This document shows, piece by piece, positions 21,351 through 33,200 of a stretch of 64,000 nucleotides of DNA. The position numbers and the translations under genes were made by a program. A model generated the notes under the pieces. The model saw nothing but the letters and a program-made list of their open reading frames with translations, did no database searches and was not told where the DNA came from. Positions within the stretch are counted from its first letter, which is position 1. Each line of letters opens with the position of its first letter. Source of the DNA: Camelus dromedarius (Eukaryota); contig NC_087437.1 in the NCBI RefSeq assembly GCF_036321535.1, forward strand, positions 49,478,001 to 49,542,000, written 5' to 3'.

Positions 21351-24300
21351 GAATAAAAGAAACTTTGAATAAAGATCCAAATGATCTTGCAGGGGGTGGG
21401 GAGAATATTCCCGGAATTTGAGCCAATCAACTATATGGAGTGTATATATTTGAAAAATAGAGATTATTAGAAATATGTATTAGGGTTTAGAGTAATTGTA
21501 CTGCGCCTAAACTTCCTTAAGAAAAAAAAAAAAGCCCACAAAATCAGACTAAAGCAACAACTTTTTGGCAAAATGCTCAAGTTCAAATATTTTGCAAGAG
21601 GGAAGAAAGCAATATTGTAGGAAGTTGCACTAGTTTTGAATGATTGTTACCGCCTGCATAGAACAAGAGAACTCCCATTTCCCCTCCTATCCCTCTATAT
21701 CTCCTAACCAAATGAAAGCCAAAATATTTTGTTTGCAAATATAAATCCTTTTGATAAACTGCATTTGAGGAAAATGATACATATTTCATTACTCATTTGA
21801 TTGGGTGAAATGGTTCCCCCAGATGTGTAGTTTCATGGCTAGATCAATACTGAATATATAATATTTTAATTATAACATGATTTCCAAAAACGGGGTAAAC
21901 CCATAAGGTTGCCCAGAGATGATTATCTCCCAATGCTAAAGTTGGTTGTTGAGTGTTCAGTTCTTTCCTCAGGTTATTATTCTGCTCACTAAAACCATTC
22001 CGTTCACAGTCAAAAGGATGAATTTAATGTTTTGTTAACCTTTTACGATGAATAGAAATGTGCAGAAGGATGAGATTATAGTTTGTTCCCTCTGCAATTT
22101 CTTCTCTCCCTGCACCCCCCCATACTTTAAATAAAGAGCGTTAAAATATTTTGCTGAGCTGTAGTAGATTAGCAAGGTTTCTTGCCAATGCTGGGAAGCT
22201 GGTATTACAGACAGTCCCAGGGGAAAATGGCTCACATTAACCACTAAATGAATATTTGACAAGGGCTCATTCGGAGGTATTATTACTATAAACGTGTCCC
22301 TACTGGACTTTTCAAGGGTCAAAGAGCAACGCTTCAATTAATTATTTAGTCTGCTAGTAGATTTGGTTGTAATAGCTGTACTTATTTCTAGAACCGACAC
22401 ATTCTTACAGTAGGAAATCTCAGGAGAATCTTCTCCATCAGCAATGCCTCGGATTGAAATACACACAGCCTTGGCATTCTAAAGCTGACTTTTTCATAAA
22501 ACCTTTTCCTTGACTACTGGGGGGTGGGGGTGGGGGTGGGAGGTGGATATAAGTCTCTTTTTCTATTTTATTTACCATTTTTGGTTTAAAAGAAAAGGAT
22601 ATAATAAGTTATCTTAATTTTACATCATGTCTGGCATGGTCTTTTAGGACCTAGCAATTTGAAGAGACAGGGGAGGGATTTATTTCTAACCTTTGCCTTT
22701 TCTAAGTGGAGATGTCACAGGATTTCAGAAACTCAAGAAGGCTCTGAATTTAGAAAGGGTACACATTCCCGTTTGCCAATAAAATTCTGGTTTTAAAATG
22801 GAAGACTCTGTAGGCTGACTACTCTGCGTTCTAGTAGTCTTAGTAAACTGGGGTACAAGATAATCCCTCCTCTCCTCCCTACTTATTGGTCTGAACACTT
22901 TCAGGTGTGTGTGCGGGGGGGTGGCGAGTGTTCCATTTCTGCCGTGTCATAGGTTCCTCCCGTGGCCCCAGGTAGAATGGGAAGGGAATGATTTTGAGAG
23001 TAAGATTCTTTGACGATAATATAAGGTGAATGAATAAGAGATAAGCTGCAAGGGGTGGGGGGAATGGGATGCAGTAATTACAAACCCAATTCATTCAGCT
23101 TTTCAGAACTTTTGTTGTGGGAGCTCCATTGACGGGTTTTGAGCTGCCACTTTTCTCACATTATAAAGAACTGATCAGCGCCTCAGGGGGACAAGAAATA
23201 CCGCTTAACTGCATAGTGATGGGGTCTTCATTTAGAACCCTTACACGAAGAAAATTAAACAGTGCCTTTGTGTGCACAAGGTTTACTTTTCAACTGCTAA
23301 CAGTTTATAGCTAACTGCTCTGAGATTGAAGTTTGACTGTGGTTTGATCGCCTGCTAGTTGGCACTGCTTATTTATTTATTTGTTTATTGTAATTAAAAG
23401 AGCTTTTTATACCCCCCCTTCTTGCTTTTGGAGGATTTTGCAAAACAGGTGCTTATATTTTGCTTTGTGGAAAGAATCTCCTTTGCAATGAGCTTTAGCA
23501 GAGGCTTGAGTTAACATTCTCCAGCACTTCCTCCCCCCCCCCCCGCGCCCCCTGCCCCTTATTGCCTTAAAATAATTTGCATCTCACTTTTTTATACTGC
23601 CTTTCCTCACTTTCAGAGAAAAGGTTGCTTTTCAGGACAGCCATTAGTAAGGTTGGGGATGAGGGCTGATTTTTTTTTTTTTTTTTGCTTTGCTTTGCTT
23701 TGCTTTCTTTTTTTGACCGAAGTTGGAAGATGGCTGGATGGATTTCCTTAAGGATCTTATCTATGAAATGGATCCCTTAAGACAGCAGAAGGGGAAGAAA
23801 GTCTTGACCTTTACTGTGAAAATGTGGATACAGGCCAAAGGGACACAGCTTCCGGAGTTCTAGAGTAAGCAGCTGTGGAGGAGTTTTCCAAAGACAGGGA
23901 AATTGCCCTAACTGGAGAACTGGTTTAGTGTCTTTCATAGTTATTTTCTATTAAAAACTTTCCTGGAAATATGACCTCTGATGCCACCCGGGGAGATTTC
24001 GTAACCTCTCTCTCTTCAGATGATGCTGTTCAGTTTTACAATTTTTGTTTTCAATTTCTTATGTTTTGTTTATGGGGCCTTTAGGAAATACTGGATTTGA
24101 CTTTCTTATTCTGACTAGAAGACTTCTCTTTGGGACGGTAGGCTACTAAGACAAGGCCACGATTTCCCATGGCAGAGAGCTCTCTTTCTGTATGCGAGTC
24201 TAGGTGGATTTCATTTTATGTTTTGGTGTAACTGTGACATTTCTGCTTCTTTGAGCGGTGCACTCAGTTTCTCTTCAAAAGCAGATAGACCGTCTTCTCA

Positions 24301-24469
24301 TTTCAGACGCAAAGATATTTGTTACTTCTGGGATTTGGGGCATGAGATGCTTGCTCTACTTTGCAAAGAAGTGTCAGGTGATTTAAGAGCTCCAAGAAGT
24401 CACTCGTTTCATTACCCTCCGCAGCCTGCATGTACAGATTGAAGTGTGCACTGTTAGTAAAAGATTTCG

Positions 24470-24830
24470 GCGCTTCGAAACATCTTTTGCCTCCTTCCCT
24501 GGGCTTTGGTGCGGGGCGCGGCGCAGCGCTTTGAGCGCGCCGGCCTCCCACCCGCCTGCCCCAGGGAGCGCGCCGCGCCCAGCGCCCGGAGCGGATGCGC
24601 GGGCAGATGGAAGCTGAGGCGGGCGGGCGGGCGAGCGCGGGGCCCGGGACCTGACGTCACCGCGGCCCTGGCCACGGCCCCCAAGGGCCTCCCTGGGAAG
24701 GTGCTGCGCGGGGCGCGAGTTCTCTCTGCCCGGACCCTGCCCAAAGGGCCTGATTTCCTCTCTCAGCCTTGGACGCTGCCGCTTCGGGCAAAACTGAAAA
24801 ATCTCCTTAAATGTCGCGGGCCCTCGCGCC
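24470..24830. promoter_or_regulatory. Small CpG island ~7.5 kb downstream, containing a full CRE
   Basis: CpG-dense block with TGACGTCA at 24652-24659. Confidence 0.8.
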
Positions 24831-25938
24831 TCTAGGGCCCTCTACCTCCTGCACCCCATCCGTCTCCACGTTGACCTCGTGACTCCGAACCTGGTTCTAG
24901 GCTCCAAACTTCCTAAATCAGAGACTGACTGACCCAAGGTCTGCCTTCCTCTTGCCTCTCACCCCTGCCTTTACTTTTAAAGGATTGTTCGTCCCTGTTT
25001 GGTGCCAAGGATCAGCATTAGTTATCGCACTTAGTCTTTCCCATTGCCAAAGGTTGCGGATTGGCATGGCTGTGGGAAGCCGCTGGAGTGATGTGGGCTC
25101 CCCAGAATATTGGACCATTCTAGGATCAGACAGTGAGGGGTGGGAGGATGCAGATTCTTCACTTTCCCATTTGTAATATAGGGATAGTATATGTTTACCT
25201 CTCAGAAGATGAGTACAAAGCCCTAACACAAAATAGGATTAACTGATAGTTATTTTTATACTGTCCAGTGAAATTAGGTGATAGGGAAGGCAAGAGATTC
25301 TCATTTTAGACTCCAGAGATCAATACAGAAATTCGGGTTCTTCCTCTCCTCTCTGGTCTTGAGCGGTAAAATTAGCCTTGTTCAGACCACCCTTCTTCCT
25401 TTTCCAGTGCCCTTCCTCGCTTAGGGTTCATCTAGGAAGTTACCCTGCAAACTTGCCATCCCTGGGCCTCTTCCTGAAGGGAGGGATACCGACATTCCAG
25501 GCAGGAGTCGCCTCCACCCGCAGAAGGCAGGAAAATAATTACTGTATTAAAAGGAGCGGTGAATTCTTCCCGAGGGTTCTTATCGCTGGCGGCCAGGCCA
25601 GAAGCAGGACTGCGCCCCCACCCCCACCTCGTGACGTCAAGGTCTGCAGGGCCTAGGGGATGAAATGATTCGTTTAAGTGTTCTAGAAAGGGCAATCCGA
25701 ACACATTCAGGGCCAGGCCAGTGGAGCTGGTCTCCATCCCCACCACCCAGCTCCAGCTCTTGAGACTGCAGAGGCTCTCGCCCGGTTCCTCACAGCAAAA
25801 CGTAACACACCAGTAGCCAGAGTCTTCATGCACCCAACACCCATCACCGTGACATTAGAGCTTATAGGCACGCCCTTCTTCCATATGTATACATAGATAT
25901 TTATGTGTTTCTCTATCTACCTATGTGTATATATAGAT

Positions 25939-25957
25939 ACACACACACACACACACA
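25939..25957. repeat. (AC)n microsatellite
   Basis: (AC)9A within a TA-rich low-complexity patch. Confidence 0.9.
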
Positions 25958-28329
25958 TATATAAGTAAGGTTATTTGATTTGCTAGCTACAATTTGTTGT
26001 GAGGTCTAAATGAGTTGGTTTTGTTTATGTTTGTTTTGTTTTGAGATGCTAGACGAATTGCACCAAAAGCCTTTACAAAGTACACCATAGCTTTATTTGG
26101 CCCTGCAGAAGTTTCAGTGGTGGGTAAGTTTTCTGGTTCTGATATGGAGCCATAGTTAGGACAGCTGCTTCTGGCTTGCCATTGCTGTGTCATTTACACT
26201 TTCTTTCTCTCTCCCCTTTTAATAATTTGTATAGCTTTTAATCATCTTTTAAAGAGAAGGTATTGCTGGGAGTACTCCTTGGAACAGTGATTTAAACTGT
26301 AGATAAGGAAGACATTTGGTCCATGCACGCTGTGGAAAATGGATAGAATTATTTGTTGTATGGAAGCATTTCTGCATTTCTAGAAGATACACTTTCCAAG
26401 TTTTCTTTACAAACCAGTTTAATTCATTGAATGCCCTTGCAGTGGGAGGGGTCCTGGAAACTAGGCCTTATGTTATGATATGGGTTTGGGATCTAGCTGA
26501 CTAATGATTTGCTGAGAATTAGCCAATATTTCACATTAAGTCAGTATCAGCTCACATCCAGGTCGATTTGACTATCGCACTTAATTCAAATCTTGATCAT
26601 TGCATAATATTATAGTTTAATCGGTCTGAAATACTAAACGGCAAACTTGTCTTCTGTTCAAAGTCCTCTTCCCTTTCTTTGTTTCCCCCTTACTCCCACC
26701 TCCAAGGAAAATATCTTAAAATCAAGTTTCCCTTGTGAGAGTTTGTTTACCCCAACTTCTGTTAAACTAGACTAACACTCTCTCATCAGCTTTCTAAACA
26801 CTCTCTCATCAGCTTTGTGAAATGGTGCAAAAACATCTTGGAACCTAAGATGGCAAAATAAACCTGAGCATATTGGGGGGGGGGAGACTTCGTTGTTAGG
26901 AAGTTGATTTAAATGTTTAGCTCACACTTCAGCCTCGATGCCTCCCTCACTACCCTCTCTTGCTTCACTCACTGCCTGCCCCTGGCTCTTGGGTACCCCA
27001 CCTCTTTTAGCAAGCTGGTTCACCAGCATAAATTATGAATGCATTTCAAGCCTCCCTCCTGATAAGATAAATCAGGAGCTTTGCTCTTTTGCACGGTTCT
27101 GCTTTCATTTCCATTAAAACTTTTTCATGTGCCATGCTGCAGTGTCTTTCTGCAAACTTACTATCCCCCTGTAAACTATAAAGGTATGTTTTCCATAGGA
27201 AAAATCAGGTAATTTTTTTTTTTAAGCCTTACAAGTTAAGGATACAAAATACTTCATGGTTAGTTGTGTGAGCTTCCAAATTAGCTGCATATAAAGTATT
27301 TTAAGATTTTTTTGGCTGTCACTGGCTGGCAATACTCATTTTGTGTGTGTGTGTTGGTTTGAAAAGCAGGAAGAAATGTAATGAATTGAGTGCTGTCAGA
27401 GATGTCTTCTGTTTGAACAGTCTGCGATGGGCTGAATGGCAGGGACTCCCTCATCCAGTGCAGGTGCAGTAGAGCTGGGGAAAGGGGGAGGGGGGCTCCC
27501 TCTGTTCAGTCAAAAAGCACCATTCTCCACAATAGACCACACACTGACAGCCAGCGTGACATCAACTCACACTTTCATACTTTTCCCCCCCCATCCATAG
27601 TTCTGAGTTCACAAAGTGGCCATACAGTAGCCTTGGTTAGTTTCCTTTAATGAACATTTTGTGGCTCCATGACCAACACTGAAATCTGCTGAGCCCTGGG
27701 AGGAACAAATAGATTTTTAATCGCGAGTTCCAAATCAAAATGTCTAGCCATAGATGTTTAATGTTAAGCTGGTCTCTCCACTCTCCCCCCAATACCAGTG
27801 CCCACAACAGCCTCCCGGATGATCTGAAAACTCTGAGTTAAAAGTTTTTCTAAGACTTACTTGGTTCCACGGCACTGTTTTCTGATGTCTGGAGAGAGAC
27901 CAAAGAGGAAAGAAGAGAAAGCACGAGTTTCATGTCTTTATTTAAATTTAAAAGAACTTCTAGTATTTTATTATGCTTCGTGAGAGGGTTAATCCTGCAA
28001 ATAAATGGACATTAATCTTGTAGAGTGGAGTCTGTCCCCTTTTGAATTGGTTTTACTGGGAGATAGAGAAGGGGGTTAGGAAAGGCAGAAACTGTTGGAA
28101 AACTCTCAGCAAAGATGCGACCATCCTTCAACTGCCCCACCTCTGCAAGGGCTGCACCTTCCGAAGATTTCATTTTGCATTTGTTTAAACTCAGGCCTTG
28201 GTGCCTCAAGTTTTAACTGGAATTATTCCAGGAGGGAACGCTACTAGAGAAACTATTTTCGTCGATTCCTTCTTCCCACCACCCTCAGAGGGTTCCTACT
28301 CCTCTCCGCCCCCACCCACCTCTGCCGCT

Positions 28330-29580
28330 TCTTAGTCTGGGATCCCAGCATTTAGTAGAAAGAGGGAGGGGCGAGGAAAGGACCGGGCGGGCCGGGAAGG
28401 TTCCCCCACCGCCGCCGCCGCCGCGACGGGCGAGATCTCCACGGCCCTGCCACTGGCTGGTTTCCCTCTGTGCCCGGACTTGCTGAAGCATCGCGCCGAG
28501 GAAAATTGCTCTCTGTATATGTAACCATATACATTCATCGCGGCAACAACAACAAAAAAAGCAACTTTCTAGTTCTCCGAGGAAAACCTTTATCATTCAC
28601 CTAAACAGTGTTCAGTGGGCAGGGGCGGGAATAGGCAGAGTTCCCAGGGCAGCAGCCGCAATATTTCCCCAACTCCTGCCTCGGGCGTGGAGGCCAGGAG
28701 TCGGGGGTCCAGCGGGGCGGGGCGCAGGGCAAGGGGATTTGGAGTGCAGGGTGAAAAGGGCCAAGTTCTTCAAAACCTCTAGTAACACAGGAAGAGACGC
28801 GTCTTACCATCTTTGTGGCGCCCTTTGCTTGTGACTGCAACGAGTTGCTGGTGGCCTGCGTTAAGTATGCCTACGGCGCCTACTAAAGTCTGAGCCTCGG
28901 ACGGGAGGCGTCTCCCTCCTTTCGACACGCTGCCCGCCGCTACTTGAGAGCTGCCACGTCTTCCGGCAGGTACACACCCACAATTAATCTTTCTTATTAA
29001 AGCCTCCATTCTGTACCCAAGGGGCAACTCAAACCTATTTAGATTTCCTTGGTTGGCTGCACAAATTTAAGTGGGCAAAGAGTTATAAACCTAATAACAG
29101 AGGGCGAGAGAGAGTGATTTGTGTAGAGGAGAGGCAAGATTCACTAGGGGTGTAAGGATGTTGCGGGCCTTGCCCGCACCAGGCCCCCGCCTCGGCGGAG
29201 TGCACTCCAGGCTCCAGGAAAGGCAGCGAACCTCCCGCGCACACGCTGCGCGCAACATCAGTACACACACATGTACACCCCCTACCCCTTCGCTCACAGG
29301 TGCACTTATACTGTGATTGCCTCTTCCGGATTTCTTATAAACCCCTCCCTGAAAGGCGGAATACTCAGAGTATCCCAAACCAGGGAACTTCCAGAGAACC
29401 GGGGAAGGTTTGCACTGTTTGGGATTAATTGAGAATAATTAACACTGGAGACCGTTAATCACCACTTTGCTGCTCTCTCCCTCCTTTCGGGTCTGCGGCG
29501 ACTGTCTCTCTCGCTCCGGCTGCCGGCGCGGGTGGGTTCGCTGGTGAAAGTGAAGACGTCGCGGTAGCTGTCACCCAGTT
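28330..29580. promoter_or_regulatory. CpG-rich island ~11-12 kb downstream
   Basis: CpG-dense, includes a (CCG)n run at ~28409-28424. Confidence 0.7.
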
Positions 29581-30399
29581 CGGCTGTACTTTTTTAAACC
29601 CTCGCATATTGTTTGATTACTAATTCGAGTTAATATGATCTTTATGGCAACATAACAGTGGATAATTGGCCTTTTTTTCTGAACAACAATGTAAATCACA
29701 ATCGCTTTATTATTTAATAACGTCAAACGCTTCGTTGGATTGGCCCCGACCGAGAAGACCTTTTCTTTCTAGACAGTGTTGTGGAGGAAGAACAATGAAG
29801 ATCTAATTGTGGAGATTTCATAAGTTGGCTCCCGTAAATGAACAGCTTAGATATGGAAGTTCCAGCAGATGTGGGCACTATTCGCCGTAGAAACTCTACC
29901 CCCCGCCCCCCCACCCCATGCACACAGCCCAAACACTCTATTGGAGGGTTTTTTTGTGTGTGTGTGTGGTGGTGGTGGTGGTGGTGGTCTTCAGATCCTA
30001 GCAACCACCTAAATCTTCCAGTAGCAATTAGAGCTTTTATCGGGCTTGCTCTTCAGCCCTTTATATTGCCGATTTAGCATTAAGGCATTGAGTCCACACA
30101 CCAAATTAGCGCAGCTCCCAAAGAACCACAACCACACTAATGCGCCCCTTCGGTCACTTTGGTCGTTGGACACCGAGATCACCGGCCTGGGGCTTTTTTT
30201 TTTTTTTTAAGTCTTATTTTGTTTTGATTTGATTTTTAAAACAGATTCACTAACTCAGTGTCTTGGAATATACTTTTTCAGGTAGAGTTTTGCAAGGGGC
30301 ACGAGCCATTATTTTGCAAATGCCCTGCAAGAACTGACGAAACCTAGAGACCCCTCAAATGCAACTGGCAACGCTTGGAAGGAATGGGTCTCTGCTACT

Positions 30400-32520
30400 C
30401 GAATGAAAGATTAATCACATTCGCCCCGCCAAAAGCCTCAATTCTAACGGCCCTCGATCGCGGCTCTTGCCGTCGGTGGAGCACCGCTGTGTCTCAGGGT
30501 CTTAAGACTTAGTGGTTCTTTGCAAATGGGGAAGCCCCACCATTTGGTATTCGGGTCAAGGAGAGAGACTCCGAGTCTACAGTAGGTTTTGTTTTTGCGT
30601 GTGCCCGCCTCTCCATTTTATTCAACTTCTACTGCCTGTCGGAGACAGAACAATTCGCTCACCCCCACCCCGCCCGCCTCCCTTCTAAGATAAACAGGAG
30701 GTGCGAAATGCTTCGCCTGCACACGCGCCCTCGGGGCCCCTCTCCCCTCACCCCCCGCGCACCGACTGTGCAGCTGTCCTTTGCCCAGACCTGGGTGGAG
30801 ACACCCCTTTCTCCCTTTCCACCCGCGTTTTAAAACCATCACATCGACGGTTCTAGAGTCGTGTTCACATTTTCGGCCACCTTCCAATTTCTTTCCGATC
30901 CACTCTTCCCCCTTTCTGAGAACTTAAAAAAGTGACAAGGGAAAGAGTTGAGAACTTGAGAGAAGGCCGTGGATTTTCAAAAGTGATCCCCACCCCACCT
31001 CCCCCCTCGCCCTGTTAAAAGTGTATTTTACCACAAGGAGTGCATTAGGAAACTTTCCCTTACAGGACTTGGGCGCAGTGTTATTCTTCTCCAGGGGCCC
31101 GCTGGCCTCCCCGCCCCCGCTGGACAATGCGCGCTTTGAGGCTCGGTGGCCTGCAGGCAGCGGGAGACGAGGGGACTGGGCGGCCTTCCTCCAAGGGGCC
31201 CGCAGCTGGGGGAGCGCCGGGCAGGGAGCAGGGCCGGGGAGGCGGGCCACGCAGGAAGAAAAACCATAAAAGCACAGTTTTCCTCCCCCCAGCCCTCCAC
31301 AGAGGCAGGCTTTGAGGACTTGGGGGCAGGGCGGCTGAGAAGGAGGACGTGAGAGGTTTTTAGTTTTGTTTCTTCCCTATCCAACTCCCCACCCCCCCCC
31401 CCATACACACACACATCCAAACATTTTATTTTGACACAGAACTCTGCAGCCTAGGTTTTCCAACCCCCTCACCCTCACTTTTTTGGGTACCTGGTCTTTG
31501 GTTAATAATATCTGAACTCGGGTCTTTGATGCTCAAATCGACCCCTGCGCCCACGCCTGGCCCCAGCCGGTCTTCTCAACGTCCACCCTCCCACCCCACC
31601 CCCGCTAGGGGTGCGGTGCCACAAGAAAAGCCCCCTGGCCAGGCACTCGGGGACGCTACTTTGTAGTTTAGTTTTCTTTTCTCCCAGAGAGAACACCACC
31701 ACCCTCCCCTCCAAGGCAGCCTCAGGGCAGGACCTCTGAGATCAGCAGAAGCCCTCGGAGGGTTATCGTATTGGTGAAAGCGTTTGTCTCATGTTTTAAA
31801 ACTTATATCAAACGGGGTGCCAGGGCCACGTGCTGTGCCTTCAAAACGCCGCCGCCGGCCCTGGCTTTCAGAGCCACGGAAGCCCGGCTGGCGTGGAGCG
31901 GGCGCTGAAGACACGGGCCGGCGTGAGGGGCCCTCGCTGCGCCGCAGGTCCGGCAGCAGCGCTGAGTGAAGCGAATTATCTGGAGCGTGTTTGATCTGGG
32001 CTGCGTAATCAGCTTCTGCTTTATTTGTTTGTTTGTAATCTCATATTTAGCAAAGCTGGGACGGTGGCAGCAAGGGAGAAAGGAAGGGATGGAGGAGGGG
32101 GCTTCGGGAAAACCACACCCCTTCCTAATGAGTTAATTTCCATATTTGCGCCTCCCGCATCTAGCGCCCTCTTTCCCGACGCTACCGTGCTGTTGCGTCT
32201 TGCGCAGCGCAGACGCCTCCACTCTGGATTGAAATGAAAAAGCCCGCGGTGGGAGCAGAAAATTGGTCTATTGATACATTCGCTCCGAGTGTTGGTTGAT
32301 CTTGGCATCACCGGCAGCCGCTTATCCCCCCCCCGCCCCAAATGGGGCGCACACGGATTGCCGAGGGCTCGCAGACACCCAGGCAGGCAGCAGACAGAAA
32401 CCGACCTTCCTGCCGTTTCCCCTGCTCCAGCTGTCGGACCCCCCACGTCCCTTTCTTTTTACCCAACTCCAGATTTCTCTCTCTCTCAAGGTGAGGGCAG
32501 TGAGGGCAGCGTCGCATATT
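30400..32520. promoter_or_regulatory. CpG-rich island cluster ~13-15 kb downstream, next to N1
   Basis: Several CpG-dense stretches (31090-31260, 31840-31970, 32140-32450). Confidence 0.7.
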
Positions 32521-33029
32521 AAGAGGGGATATAATCCCAAACGAATGAATCAAAAGTGAAAGTTTCAAAGTAGATCCCCAGTCCTGGTTGAGAAAAATAA
32601 TGTTATCTTGCACTCGAGGGAGTGTGCTAGCGTGTGTGTGTGTGTGTGAAGAGAGCGAAGGAGAAAAACTAAGGCTGTGAGATTTGTCTGTAGTCTGAGT
32701 TGGTTAAAAGTTGTGGCAAAGACAGTGAAGTTTTGGAAGACCCTCAGTAGAAAACTCGAGGTGGGTGTTTCAGCTGCTTCTAAGCTGGTTTACTATACAT
32801 TTTTTTGGTGGTGATTCTGCTCAGGAAGTTGCAGAAACAGACTTTAACAATTACTCACTCCTCCCCTTACCCCCACCACACCACCCTCCTTACTTTGCCG
32901 TGCGCGGACTAGGGTGTGGGCTCGGGCTTGAACTCCAAAAGAGCGTGCTTGTCAATTGCGAGCTGTAGCAATATCAAAGTGAACTGTCCCAAGTAACTCT
33001 TGTCTAGAAACTGGGAATAAGCTTAAGCA

Positions 33030-33200
33030 GCTCGCTTTAATGATGATTTGTAGCTCGGCGAGGGGCACGGACAGCAAACACCCCGCAGGTGTGTGCCGTA
33101 ACACCACCATCCGGACTTGAATGTAGATTACTCTGGCGATCGTTTGATCGGCCCTTTGAAACCCTTTACAATTGCCTGTGACGAACGGCCAGTCTCAGTT
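33030..33200. promoter_or_regulatory. SOX2 enhancer N1 core (caudal epiblast / neuromesodermal, Wnt+FGF responsive)
   Basis: Paired TCF/LEF-type sites GTTTGAT (33142-33148) and CTTTGAA (33154-33160), followed by TGTGAC (33177-33182). This is the layout known for the N1 core, here ~16 kb downstream of the TSS. Confidence 0.75.

Noticed and set aside
33064..33080. CACGGACAGC resembling a REST/RE1 half-site in N1
   Set aside because: The left half (TTCAGCACC) is missing.
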